A stretch of 64,000 nucleotides of DNA from Rotaria socialis (lineage: Eukaryota): contig CAJNYD010000256.1 in assembly GCA_905331295.1 (NCBI GenBank), positions 62,001 through 126,000 on the forward strand. Direction: 5' to 3'. Under the pieces are notes generated by a model that was not told the origin of the DNA, did not search any database, and was given only the letters and a program-made list of their open reading frames with translations. This document shows, one piece after another, positions 42,101-55,918 of this stretch (position 1 is the stretch's first letter; each line of letters starts with the position of its first letter). The translations under genes and the position numbers were made by a program.

Positions 42101-44949
42101 ATCTCGTTTTCATTATTTACTATTATCTGAAATTTGATGATTTTTAAAGAAAATTCCATTTCTGAGAAATCCGAGTACTACTACAGTTTTAATAGTAACG
42201 ATATAATACGATTGATTGACATTAGAAAATAATAAAAAGATATCAGCCTAGTCGGAGAGCTCTTTAATAACGTTTTCATTTTTATGTTGTTACTAGATTT
42301 GAAACGAGCATCGAACGTTAGCATCGCACGAGTTTAAAAAACATGAGTGAATTAATGAACCGTTACCATCGATAATCTCTGAAGCATTTTATGAATCTCA
42401 TCAAAACAGTTGATAGACATGTTGATGACGAAAAGCGATGCGAAAACGTTATTTTCTTGAACATTCAATATCGCTCTATCAAGTTAGATACTTGACTTTG
42501 TCTTCGTAAAAAGTACAAGGATTGTAATTTTGTCATTTGCAAATCTATCTTTCACTTGATCAAAGTCTTAGAAAAGAACAAATGAAAATATTTGATAGCC
42601 GCAGGAAGCGCTAGCATTGTCGAGTATCTTACAACAATTTTCTATACTATTAGAAGTATTCAATCTTTAGTGTGAATAATCGTTCTATTCAAATATCTGT
42701 AAGATTCTAAATTCTTATTTTATAATAGAACTAAAGGTCGATCACAAGCCATTGATTATAATCATGTTAGTTATTTTCATATCTATAATAAGATGAATGT
42801 GGTTTTTATTTTGCGAACTGTTAGAATATTTATACTTGACTAATTAATGACCATTTTGAGACATTGCAGTAGCGTATTGTGCAAAAATCTCACGATTAAA
42901 TATGTTTTCAGTATAGCATGACAAAAGCACATTGATGAAACTCGTTAGTTTTCTTGCTAGAAAGTACAAAGTTTATTATTTGTACAAAAGCTTCTTTTAA
43001 AATAGTTGCATAAGACTAAAACTTTGTTTTACATTCTTCTACAAACTGAGATGAAAAGGTGTGAGTCACTAATAAATATTGATCCTACAGTTTCTTTTAT
43101 CTTGCATCTGTTTTAGCTAAGCCACAAAATGACATTTCAAATAGGTAAAAGTAAAAATTACATTGTATGTGTTGAGTTCAAAATCGGTATTTTACTAATG
43201 ATGTCTACTGCTGATAAATGTTAGAAAACTATCATTTTTTTTCTCGTAACCAAACTGAATGAAATGCCAGAATAATTCATGTTATCGTGAAAAGCTGCCT
43301 AGGATTTTGCAGAGAGAAAAAAAATTATTCAATAAAAACTAGAAAAGCAACATCATGTTCACAATGCTCATTGCAAGTGTGCCTAAGCATTTTTAAAAGT
43401 CGAATACAACACAATTGAATCAAATATTTCTGTTCATAATTGACTCTTTTGGAACCTGCAAAGTATTTTTCGACCTTTGGTAAATATTTCAAGCCCGTAT
43501 ATTTTTATACAAATTTTGTATTTATCAGATTTTTTTGCGTCTACTAACGAGAAAGCTATCGAATCTCCCTATACGAGTGTTTGTCATACTGTACTAGACG
43601 CAAAATTAATAGAAAATTTTCACGATGACTTAGTTTTTCTATTGGTAATTGAGTTAATTAAGATTGAATATCAATAGTCATATTGATTAGAGATTTTCAT
43701 CTTATTTAGTGTGACACACCACTGAGCTAATCATCGTTGATGAAGAAATCATGATTAAATTTGACAAGTTCAACTCGCAATATGTAGATCTTATACTGTG
43801 AAAATTTGTACACGGTTCTTTTTTGAAACAAATAATTGAATGATTGAACGGGCTGAAACTTCCTCTGAGTCTTCATAGACAATAAAATAATATTATCGAA
43901 TTCTAGCTATACGTCTTTTTCGTCATGTATGCGCAATGTAACGATTAAAACTCGATGATTAGACTTTTAGCAGACGAAAACTATTACATATACATGCAAT
44001 TTTCATTTTATTTCTTCTTTAAGATAACATGGTGACGTTCTCATTCAAGAGCGATTGAAAGTAGTATTTCTTTTTGTATTAGAATCTTCTGAGTATAATT
44101 ATTATCTTTATATTAACAATAGAGATAAATGTAGGAACATCATTTTTTTCAAAAAACTATAATTTTTACTGAATCTTCCTATTGAAATGATTATCAAGCT
44201 TTGAAAACTCTACAATCAAAGAACGAAAAACTGATCGAAAAATCTCTAGAGGGGAATTCAAAATATAGATGTAAAAAAAGCTTTTCTATCGTTTCAAACG
44301 AAATAAAAATATGTCATAAGTTGGCTCACGTGAATGATTTCATATTATGTATGAGACACGATCATCTGCTAATATCAGAATAAACTATGACGTATAATTT
44401 AAAATCAGTAAGCATACCATTGTATATTTTCAAAGTAAAATACTAGCAACCAAGCCATACTCAAGAATCATGAATATGTTTATTTATAATCTACTGAAAT
44501 GCCAGAGACGTTAACCATGGTTGAAAACCTACCACTGCTGTGCCTCGATAACGTTCGACAACAGATGCGTCAGAGTTCACTACTCTGCTTGTACCAAACT
44601 AGAACTGTTATTATTAATTCATTAGATAATGTCTGGGAGCATTATATTTTTGTACACAGCGAAATTTCACATGCATTTATATAGTTTTCCAAAACAAAAT
44701 AATAAAATACCCCTTTAACTTCATTGTCGTAGAGAGATTGCGATAGATTCTCTCTAAGAAATAGATCTAAGAGTTCTTATTCTTCTTGGAGTACAATCAA
44801 TTGAGAGATCGACTATCTACTACAAAAATATCTTTCAATCTATTTCAGGAAAAGTATAGAACATAGACTTTCGAATGTTCTACATGGTTTACACAATTTT
44901 TCTGTTTTACTATGATATTTATTCTTCAAGAAATATTTTTCCTTCGTTA

Positions 44950-46678
44950 ATAAGGTGCAGGCAATCCGCAATTTGAGCAAGAATTTACTTCAGCGATATT
45001 TTAACATGATTCGATAGAGCTCGTCGGCTTACCCCTAAGCATGTACTATAAAAAATGTTCCGAGCTGAATTTTCTGTCAAAAAAAATTTGACAAACTTTT
45101 ATATCAAAATAAGGTGTTTTTTCCTGTTATTCATGATGCAGTGGTATGTAATCAGATTTAAAACAGTTGTTGACTTCTGAAAATGTTTTTTTTCAGAAGC
45201 AGCTGACAGTCATGGATTCCACGAAATGAAGTCAGAACCCATGGACAAAGTGAACTCGCTGGACAGAGCAGTCTATCATGAAAATGTTTGATAGACTCAA
45301 AAGAAGATCGCCTATTGTAGAATTAGCTAAATGAAATATTATAAGATGCTGTCCTAATTGTAATATTCTTGTAGAGAGAAGCAATCTGAACAAGTTTGAT
45401 GCAAGCCTTTCGAAAAAATATCCGCCCGTTCTCGAGCTATTAATCTGGTCTCTATGGGAACTATATTTTGTTCATGAAAATTAAGGTAAAACTCCATTAA
45501 ATGAGACAAGTTTTTGAAATGATAAATGGGCTCTAAAACTGTTGACATCTTGCATTGAAATACAATTGAAAAATCATGGAAAGAATTAAGAAAACTGACT
45601 GGGATGCCATGGAAGTTTGATGTATGCTATTCAGATAAACCCTGAAGAGGAGTACAGGGATTTTTCGGAAAAAATGTTTTTCCATTTTCGGCTGGCGTTT
45701 TCATGCAGCGTGATACAGAATGTTATGACTATCAATAATTCATTGGAATTATTTCGTCGAAAGCAGTCTCTCGTAAATTTTTTAATCGCTCTATACGTTT
45801 CTCATTGTGAGACAGACATTTTCAGTAACATAACAGCTCCCTTGTTGGAGATACCCTACGATTACCCAAGTGAATTTTCATATAAATATGCAGTACTATG
45901 TCTGCACTAATGATTTGTACTGTTATGGCTCCTGTACGTTTCGTTTCTTCGGGGGCTAAGCCCTCTGAGAACCGTAGTTATTGTCAAAAGTTTGATTTTA
46001 TAGAGGCTCTATGTAACGATAGAATCTGTATAGTGAACTGAAAACTTCATCATGACGACTAGCTCATGAAGTATCTTCCTGTGAAGATTAAGAGTTCTCT
46101 AATATTTTTCTTTGAGCACATGCTCAAATGCAGAAAAGCCGAAAATAATATCGATTTTTGAATCAAACCACGCTTGGAAAAGGTTCAATAACTAGAAAAC
46201 GGGCGGATATTTTTTCGAAAGGCTTGCATCAAACTTGTTCAGATTGCTTCTCTCTACAAGAATATTACAATTAGGACAGCATCTTATAATATTTCATTTA
46301 GCTAATTCTACAATAGACGATCTTCTTTCGAGTCTATCAAACATTTTCATGATAGACTGCTCTGTCCAGCGAGTTCACTTTGTCCATGGGTTCTGACTTC
46401 ATTTCGTGGAATCCATCACTGTCAGCTGCTTCTGAAAAAAAACATTTTCAGAAGTCAACAACTGTTTTAAATCTGATTACATACCACTGCATCATGAATA
46501 ACAGGAAAAAACACCTTATTTTGATATAAAAGTTTGTCAAATTTTTTTTGACAGAAAATTCAGCTCGGAACATTTTTTATAGTACATGCTTAGGGGTAAG
46601 CCGACGAGCTCTATCGAATCATGCTAAAATATCGCTGAAGTAAATTCTTGCTCAAATTGCGGATTGCCTGCACCTTAT
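44950..46678. mobile_element. Foldback / non-autonomous DNA transposon, ~1.73 kb, with ~480-bp near-perfect TIRs (possibly Kolobok-like)
   Basis: 44950-45430 is the reverse complement of 46198-46678 with only a few substitutions. Ends ATAA|GGTGCAGGC...GCCTGCACC|TTAT. No credible ORF in the ~770-bp interior. Confidence 0.9.
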
Positions 46679-48054
46679 CAAAGTTGAAAATTTTTGAAAG
46701 TTTGTTATTATATCATCAAGTATTAGGTAACTAGTAAAAAACATGAGTATGTCGAAAAAGAAAACAGATAATTGACACAGTAATGTTCAAGTCTAACTAA
46801 ACTGCTGTTTTTCTCTGTACATTCATTTGATAATACAATTATAATCAATTCATTTATTTTATATCATTCTTAGATAAACGGTTTTTTGTTTATTATGTAA
46901 ACAACAACAAGAAGCACCTAAATAATAGATTTATCAAGTTCGAAGAATAATTATTATTAGAATAACATACTAGTTGATGTGTGTAATTTTTAATAGTTTA
47001 GTCAAATATATATATATAAGAAGATATTTATGTGAAAAAGTGCACAAAATTTCTTTTAAGATGTGATAATTGTCATAATTATATTATTCAATATTAAAAC
47101 TTTTATAGCTAAATATTATTTTTAACATCTATAAAAAAAATAGACAATATAACTATTCTGTTTCTTGCCTTTAAATATATTCATGTTCTATTTTGTTTTA
47201 GATCATAGGTGTCGGAAATTAGAGAGTTCATAACATTCTCGTGTTGTCATTGTTATTCAAATAATAGTTTGCATGACATCAGAAGAAAAAAAAACAGCAG
47301 ACAATCAATGTTTAATGTCAGTTAAATCTGTAGAGGTATATGTGTTAAGGTAAAATTTTAATCAAATAAATATAATCTTCTATTAGCATTAGCTTCGATT
47401 ATTTTCTTTGCTTTTTATTTTTATTTTTGCTATACTTCCTTTAATGAGGATGATGAAGCGAGATGCTTCCGGTAGTGGACTCGAGTTGGTTTTTTCTCTT
47501 TTCTTGTTGTTTTTTTTCTTCATATTCATCGTTTTTTCTCAGTTTTTTTTCGTTCTCGTTGACATATATACTCATATCGGGTCATTTCAGAGCATTCATC
47601 TGTTTGTATGTTCAAGTGGGCAACGACACAGATCAACAATGCTCTATGTGCGTATGATTGGTTCGCAATATGTGCGTGTGTGTGTTCTTTCATCGTTGAG
47701 CAATTTCAGTTGAGTTGAAAAACTTTTCTATTTTTGTGTGTTTATATGCACACATTACTAAGCTTGTAAGGATCGTAAGAGCGGGAAAAGAGAAAGAAAT
47801 AATGGAACGATAGACAGGCAATAGCAGCAGCAGAGCAGTTGTTGTAGTTGCAGTATCGAGAGAGAGAGAGAGATAGAGAGAGCAAAAGGAAACGCGAGAA
47901 GAGAACGAAGCTGCCATTGCTTGTTTTTTGTCATTGTGCGTCCTCTCTTTCGTCATTGTAAAAACCTCCCACAAGACGACTAACTAGTATGCTATCTAAG
48001 CTACAATGTTTTTGCGCACATGTTAAAAGATAGAGAAGAAAAAAACCTTAGATA

Positions 48055-48088
<34 letters not shown>

Positions 48089-49507
48089 TGTATCGCAATG
48101 CTCTTATTATTAGTAGTGACATTGTGTAAGTATCGTCCCATTTAGGATCTATTCCAAGGTCAGCACAGTGCCAAAAACTACATCGAACATATTCATCCAT
48201 TCAGTCAGTCATTCGTTGATTTATTTATTCTATTTAGTTATCTATCTGAATGAGGCCTAGACGTGCAACTGTCGCACACCATATCTGACTTTGCTTATTT
48301 TATGTTCGATTGCAAAAATTATGTCTTAACATGTCTCGTTCTGCTTTTTATCAATGCAAATATTCAAAACCCTTGATATATACAACACCTGAACAAGCTT
48401 ATTTTCGTTTTGATTTCTCACAGTTATTTCTCAATCATTGCCAATTGTTCATATTGAAAATATGTCTGCTATCTATTTGTCATTTTAACTAGAGTAAACA
48501 TGAATCTCTGTTCAAGAATAATTATTACTGACGAAACTAGAAAAATCTAGAGAACGTAACCGTTTCTGGAAGATGCACTCGGCTAAGAAAGAAACAGAAG
48601 ACGATGCTGCATGCACGCGTATAATTTACTATTTTTAGCTATTCCAACCCTTTGGTCTACGACGATCATCCGACGCGCGTTTCTTTTTGCATTTGTTCTT
48701 TGACAGCAACCAAGCTAGCGCGTCGAAGATCCCACTCATACAGTGAGCTAGTTGTTGCTTATTGCAACAAGAATCTTTTTTTTTCTTTTCTATTTTTTTT
48801 TGCTTCTTTCGTGTATGTTCGCACAGAGCATTCCAAGATCATCATCATCATCATCATCACCGGGCATTATTAACGCTTCTCTATTTAGTTTTCTTTCCTT
48901 TCTTTATATATAGATATATATGGTATACTATGTTGAAAATACGATGTGTTACAACTTCGAACATGGATCATTGGTCTGTCAATGGGATGATTGATCATTA
49001 TTGTTCATCGACACCACTACGATATGTAGCGGTGCATTTCACTAATAACACATGGTAAGTGTCATTAAAGAAATAGTTTCCACCTACATAGATTCATATG
49101 TATATTGCGCATGAAAGATTTTATAATATGAAATTCTTCTTTTTATTTTTTTTAATTTATTGTTTTCGTTGGTCAAATGTAATTTAAGAGAAAGTGGCTT
49201 TCTTTCTTGTTAAATAAATGACATAAAGAGAATAAGAATGTAGGATATATACCGTTGACACATACATCGAGTAATTTCTTTTTCTTTTCTTTTCTCTTCT
49301 TCTTCTTCTTCTGTTGTCTTTATCCGTTTGGAATGTCATAATTCAAAAGACAATATAAAAATATTGTGCGTCATTATTATGGTTGTGACGAGACAAATAA
49401 TAGATATTAACTTTAAATTTCAACATTGTCAAATACCTATCGAATGGGAGATTTCATTTGCGTATTTTTATTTCTACTATTTTAAAGCTCATATCGATAA
49501 ATAACAA

Positions 49508-52500
49508 ATGATGAGCACGGCAAGTAATCAACAACAAACGGTGACACTATCATCCGATGAATTTTTATCGTCAACATTAGCGACAGCTCCTCCTCTATTA
49601 ATACCACGTTCATCAATAGTTGATCATCGATTAAAATCTCGTACCATTGGTATTGATATTGATTCAAATAAATTATCAACAATTAAACGTTCTCAAGCTA
49701 TATCAAATATACAAGATTTAGATGAAGATAGTCCGGTGACATTTGAAATCGAACCGAGTGAACATCATCATGTACGAAAAAAAGTTCAATTGCTAAATTC
49801 AACGTTGAGCAATCGAGCAATGATAATAGACTCAATTTTATCTATTGATAAATCCAGGCCAACAAATAATAATACTGGTCTTGATGAATTAGGTGAAAGA
49901 TCTAAAAGTAGTGAAAAGTCACCAGAATATATTGAAGAAGAACGACCTATTTTATCCGGTATCATTGTTAAAGGAGCAACACTTAATAGACTGATTCGCA
50001 TTTTAATAGATTCCTTTCGTAAGTTATTTATACGTATTTATCTTTTATTGATTTCATACTATTGAACGTATTAGAAATAAACGGAACAGTTATTGATGAC
50101 AGTGAATATCCACGAGTATTTTTTCTTATGCATAAATGGATCATGGAATCGGAATATTTAAGCAATATGCTTTATGATTTATATAAACATTATGCAGATG
50201 ATTATAAAAAAGAAACAAATTCAAATGAAAAACGTCAATTCAAAGAAAATCAAATACGTGTTTGTCACGCTTATAGGTAAATTTCATATCAAAATTTATT
50301 CACATAAAAAAAAACACAAGAACTGAAACAATTATTTCTTGTTAATTTTTAGTTATTGGATTAAAAATTTTCCTACGCATTTTGGTCTTGATAAACGTTT
50401 AAAAGAAGCTTGTGAAAAAATGAAAAATCATATTGAATCATCCGGTGATACTGAATCGATGAATTTAGTTGATCTATCACAGATGTATGTAGTTGTTTCG
50501 CTATTTTATTTAAAGAATCAAATTTTCTTTAAACTATTGAACTGTTATTTTTCATTAAGACCATCATTTGATTGGATGCGTCAAATGACCGTACGAAATC
50601 AAGTAAAAAATAAAATTGTTTCACTCGGTTTTAATAATATTGAATCACAAACGTTAGCAGCTCAATTAACTTATTTAGAATGGAAAATCTTACGAAGAAT
50701 AAATTTTACTGATTATAAAACTTACGCAATTAAAAATACTTTACAAGATAATCCACGTCTGGAACGTTCAATACAATTTTTTAATGGTTTATCAACATGG
50801 ATACAATGTATGGTTTTAAGTAAAATGACGCCAAAACAACGTGCAGAAATTATTCATAAATTTCTTGAAGTTGCAAAAGTAAAACTTTAGAAAAGAGATA
50901 TACTATTTTTTTTATCACTAGAATTTGTTTATTTTAGTATCTAAGAGAACTGCAAAATTTTAATACATGTTTAGCAGTTATTGGCGGAATATCACATAGT
51001 GCATTAGCTCGTTTATCAAAAACAATGATGTGTTTATCAACAGAAGATATTAAAGTATAGTTTTAAAAGAATATTTTTTTAGTCAACTAATTTTCTCATT
51101 TAGTTTCTTGGCGAAATGACCGATTTACTTTCATCAAATTCAAATTATGCTCAATATAGAAAAAGTCTATCAGAATCTGATGGTTTCAAAATACCAATTA
51201 TGTAGGTTAAATCAATTTTTTTTCTTTTTCTTTTTCTAAGAACTAAGTTGTATTTATTTAAGTGGTGTTCACTTAAAAGATATAATTTCTCTTCATGTTG
51301 CATTACACGATCGTCTTGCATATGATTTAATTAATTTTCGAAAATTAGTTCAACTTAGTATTGTATTCCGAACATTAACGAATATACAAGTTTCTGTGCC
51401 ACCTGTTCAACCTAATCATGATCTGATTAATTTACTTACCGTAAGAAATCATTTGGACATGAGAATTATATTCAACAATGTTTTCTCTTCTAGCTTTCTG
51501 TTGATTTGAGTTATACAGAGGACGAAATTTATGAACTTTCATTAGTACGTGAACCTCGAACATCGGTTTCATCGGTAAGAAAGATGAATCACTGAAATTA
51601 AAAAATACAAAAATTTATTATTGTGGAGTTCTTAAGTTGTTGAGAATACATCCTATTCCACAATGTTGAACATTCCGGAGTCAGCTACACTCACGGAACA
51701 AATTCCATATAATTCCGGCACTTCCGTTTATCACTTCCAACGCAATTCCGGGAATCACTGCCTACCAATTCCGTTTAATTCCCACCGATTCCGTATTGAT
51801 CTAATTCCGGAATCGGATTATGACTACATTGATATGAGAAGATAGAATAGTGATACCAGTTGTAATTCCTAGGAATTCCCAGTAAGGACGGTGTTCAGGT
51901 TTGACTTAGTTCCGGAATGTTCAACACTGCGGAATAGAATGACTGCTCAAGTTGTTTTTTTTCGCAGTCAGAAATTGTTTGAGTCATAACTTCAGGGTTT
52001 ATATTAAGAGGATTGTAATAATGAGAGAATATTGTCAACTGAGTCCTTCTATTCGAGTTCATAGTTTTTTCAACGTAGATCTCTTCAAGATTACTAGAGG
52101 CAGCTTAAGAATATGTTTTTATGACATTTTCACTGTAGAACTATGAAGAATCTATTGATATTGTAAGTTCAGTCAAGAAATTCATCAAAGAGTCAAATGA
52201 AATAATTGCAATGAAAAATTTTATTCATAATTTCATAATATTTGTCATCTTAGAACTAGCAATCTATTTGTAAAGAAGAAAACTAGCCTAGATCAAAATT
52301 TCTAGCCAAACGGTTATAACTCCGGAAAGTAAGTCTAATTTAATAAAACAATTCAATCCCATGGAGACTCACTTATGGGGAAAACATGAACTTGTACGAA
52401 AGATATCAGGTGAGCATATTCCCTTGTGAGTAATCGAAGATGATCTTTTCTGCAAAATCATTTACAAAAGAACATTCCCAATTATGACTTATCAGTGCAA

Positions 52501-55500
52501 CTAATATTTTGTAGATAAGAAGATATGAATGAGACTAGTAAGACCTGTCAGAGTATATCTCTATGTTCTATCATTACTAATTAGGAGCAAATCATTTTGC
52601 CTAATATCAAACCAAGAAAATGTTCTCTTTGTAAGATAGTGAGTGTTACCAACATTTCTCTTTCTTACGGTTCTTTGGAGACCTAAAACTATTTTGAATT
52701 ATTCAGTATCTGAAAGAAAAGTATATATAACTTCAAGCTAAATTTTTCTGAAAATTCTATAATCTATAAGATGTAACTATGAACCAAGCTTTAGTTTTAT
52801 TAGAGAGTTGTGTAATTTTCGTTACATTTGATATATATATATAGTACAATAATTTGAATCAGTCTTCTGTATACATTCATTGGTAAAATTATAAAATTTG
52901 CTCGATTCCAAACAGTCACATTTGTGACTATCGACATGATCTATCTCATGTACATTGTGTAAGTTAGCCATGAAATATTCATTTAATAATTAACTATTCA
53001 TCAGACATCTCAATTTCGTGACTTCAAATCGATAATTGAACTTTTTTTATTCTATTTTATTACATATTTAGCCCGACCAAGCATTTCGAGGTCTATCTCC
53101 TGGTGAATCAGCAGCTGATTCTACATCTGATGTTTATAAGAAAAAAGAACAAATACAAAGTCCTGTATTCGCCGATTGGGCAGCAGGAGTTAGTCAAACC
53201 ATTGATATTCAAACAATTCAACGTCATGTTAATGCTATGGTTGAAGCTGTTTTTACAACATACGATCATGATCGTGATGGCTATATATCTCATAGGGAGT
53301 TTGAAGAAATTGCACAGAATTTTCCATTCATTGATACATTTACTGTACTTGATGCTGACCAGTAAGATTGAAATGAATTTGATTTTTACCTTTAGTTAAT
53401 GTTAATTTCTTCAGAGATGGAATGATATCAAAAACAGAGATGCGTAGTTATTTCCTACGAGCTAAATATCATGATTTAAAAGGTGAATTTAAACATGATT
53501 TTCATGAAACAACCTATTTTAAACCAACATTTTGTGTTCATTGTACTGGACTTCTTTGGGGTCTAATTAAACAAGGTTGGAAATGTAAAGGTAAATCAAT
53601 TGGTTTCTGTTCAATTTTCAAATAAAAATAAACAAAAAAAAATAATAATAATCTAGATTGTGGCATTAATGCTCATCGTCACTGTAAAGATCAAGTTGTA
53701 ATGGAATGTCGACAAAAACGTCCGAATCCTGTGAATAAGCAAGGTTCAGTAACTGATGCTCGTTTAAGTCGTAGTTCATTTCGTATACGTAAAACTCGAA
53801 AACAAAAAGGAACACAAACTGAAGATATGAATTTTTCTTCTTCAACATCTTCAGCAACATCAGAAAGTTGTACAAGCTCATCGGATGATGAACATCATCA
53901 TCATCATCATCATCATCAACAACAACAACAACAACAACAACCAAGTCTGGATAAATCTACGCATCATCATTATTTTCATTTACGTAAACCATCATCATTG
54001 AAAGGTCGAAAACAAGTTTTATCCGATTCAAATGATGACTATTATTATACACATCCACCATCTCCACAACAAACTTGTTCATTGACAACAATTACGACAA
54101 CGAATAGTGCAACATCAGTAAATACAGTACCCACTCAACAATTGATTCCGCGTGGACCATTGATTTGTTCGAATAGTTTTGAGAAATGGAATGATCGTTG
54201 TTTTGCAAAGAATCGCCAATTGCCAACAACAGCATTATCACCAACAATGCCAATTTCATCAACAGCAACATCAGAAACAACTATACTCCAACAAAATTTA
54301 GATGTAAAATCTATTCAACAGCCGTTGTATGGTGATAGTGCATTTCTCGAAGGTGATGTTAGTGATGATGATACATGTTTTCCATCAAATACACATGATA
54401 CAGCATTACACCAATTCAAAACGACACCAAGCTATGGTAGTAGTCAAAATTTGCATCAAAGAAAATTATCATTAACTGAATCATTACGATCATTACCCAC
54501 GAAAACTGAACCCAATCAATATGAAATTTTTGAAAGATTAAGACAAGCTGAAGAAGTAAGGCAAAAACTAGTTGCTCTAAGTGCTTCTATACAAACAATA
54601 AAATATTCAAAAGAATATTTTTTTTCAAAGAAAAAATCAAATGTTCTTTCGAATAAATGCATATTTCTTGCATACACCATAGAGAAACGAATCACTGAAA
54701 GAAAAAGTATATATCTTCTTTAATTGATAGTCTATAGTATTATTATTAAGTGTAGTTAATGGTAAAACTTATAAGAACTAGAGACACGCCGAATCAAGTT
54801 CTCAATCTTGGTTTGCTGACTCTATGTTATGTATTTATTCGATCACTAAACACTTGTTTTTGGTAATCTCTCATGATTATTGTATAATTGGCTTACAATA
54901 ATTGATAAATCGATTTGAATATTTTCGCGACCGATACTGTTTTCATTCGTGTAGTCAACTATAAACGTTATATCCGATTACAGTAACCGTTTTTCGGATA
55001 GACCAGTTGGTAAAAAATGTTAAATATCGGTCCTGAAGATCTCTGATACGAACAAATTCAGTAGTTTTCGATATTAATATGGTTAAATAATAGTATACAA
55101 ATATTGATTATGGTTTGTTGCCATCAAATTTTATCATTGAGAATTGAATCTGTAGTTTGCACTATGAAATCATTCTCAATCATCAATAGATCTATTGGTC
55201 GTATTAGTCAAATTTACTCCATCATAATTATAATCTTATTAATTTTGTTACTTATATACTCATATGATGTAAACAAACAGATCTGAGATAATAAAAAGAA
55301 AGAATAAAGCTCTCTTCACTATCATATCAAATTTGTCACTGGTATTCATTATTGTTTGTTTTTTCTATTTAGGAAAAGCAAAGACTCGAAGTAGAAAATC
55401 GTGCAATGAAACAAGAACTTGTCCGAACAAAATCAAAAATAAGTTCTTTAAAACGTGAAATGAGTTCAATTCAACAATTGCATCTAGCTCAACAGCAAGT

Positions 55501-55918
55501 TCAATCTCATTTATCAGCATCGACTATTATATCTCCAGATCAAGAGCTACATCATCACCATTCGCATCCAACAAATCAGCCATCATCATCACCAATATTG
55601 CCTTATTCAAACGAAACTCTGGATCGACTAAACCATAATCATCGTCGTCAAAAACTAACAATTGATGTGAAAAATCTTTCCATATCTAGTAATGATGAAT
55701 CTTTGTTTTCTCCTCTATATCCTACTACGAATATATCATCGTCAACGCAAACACCTCCATTAAAAAAATTCTTAACATCGACTGAACAAGAAACTCGACA
55801 TTCAACAAGCGTACCATCTTCATATGTAAATGCAGATTCTTTGATAACACCATCCGATGAACAATTACGACTTTATCTTACGGAAACGTTACAACGAGAA
55901 AAAGATAGTGCTGTTTAA
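49508..55918 (+). CDS. RASGRP: Ras guanyl-releasing protein (RasGRP/CalDAG-GEF/RGEF-1-like), multi-exon
   Basis: REM (KGATLNRLIRILIDSF, VFFLMHKW), CDC25 GEF (LAAQLTYLEW, FNGLSTWIQCMVL, LQNFNT, FKIPI|GVHLKD), two EF hands (DHDRDGYISHREF, DADRDGMISKTEM), C1 (HDFHETTYFKPTFCVHCTGLLWGLIKQGWKCK|CGINAHRHC), coiled coil and stop at 55918. Confidence 0.93.
51652..51938. mobile_element. MITE in a RasGRP intron (~287 bp)
   Basis: ~27-bp TIR CTATTCCACAATGTTGAACATTCCGGA / TCCGGAATGTTCAACACTGCGGAATAG, probable 2-bp TSD AT/AT, many internal AATTCC(G) repeats. Confidence 0.8.

Noticed and set aside
39130..44940. Possible hidden or horizontally acquired genes in the long intergenic stretch
   Set aside because: I found no consistent exon chain or recognisable domain by eye. 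BLASTx would be needed to exclude decayed remnants.
45354..45910. ORFs inside the foldback as a possible transposase
   Set aside because: They are short and have no recognisable transposase or THAP motifs.
47408..48873. Hydrophobic ORFs upstream of RasGRP
   Set aside because: Low-complexity T-rich and GA-repeat promoter/UTR sequence with no domain signal.
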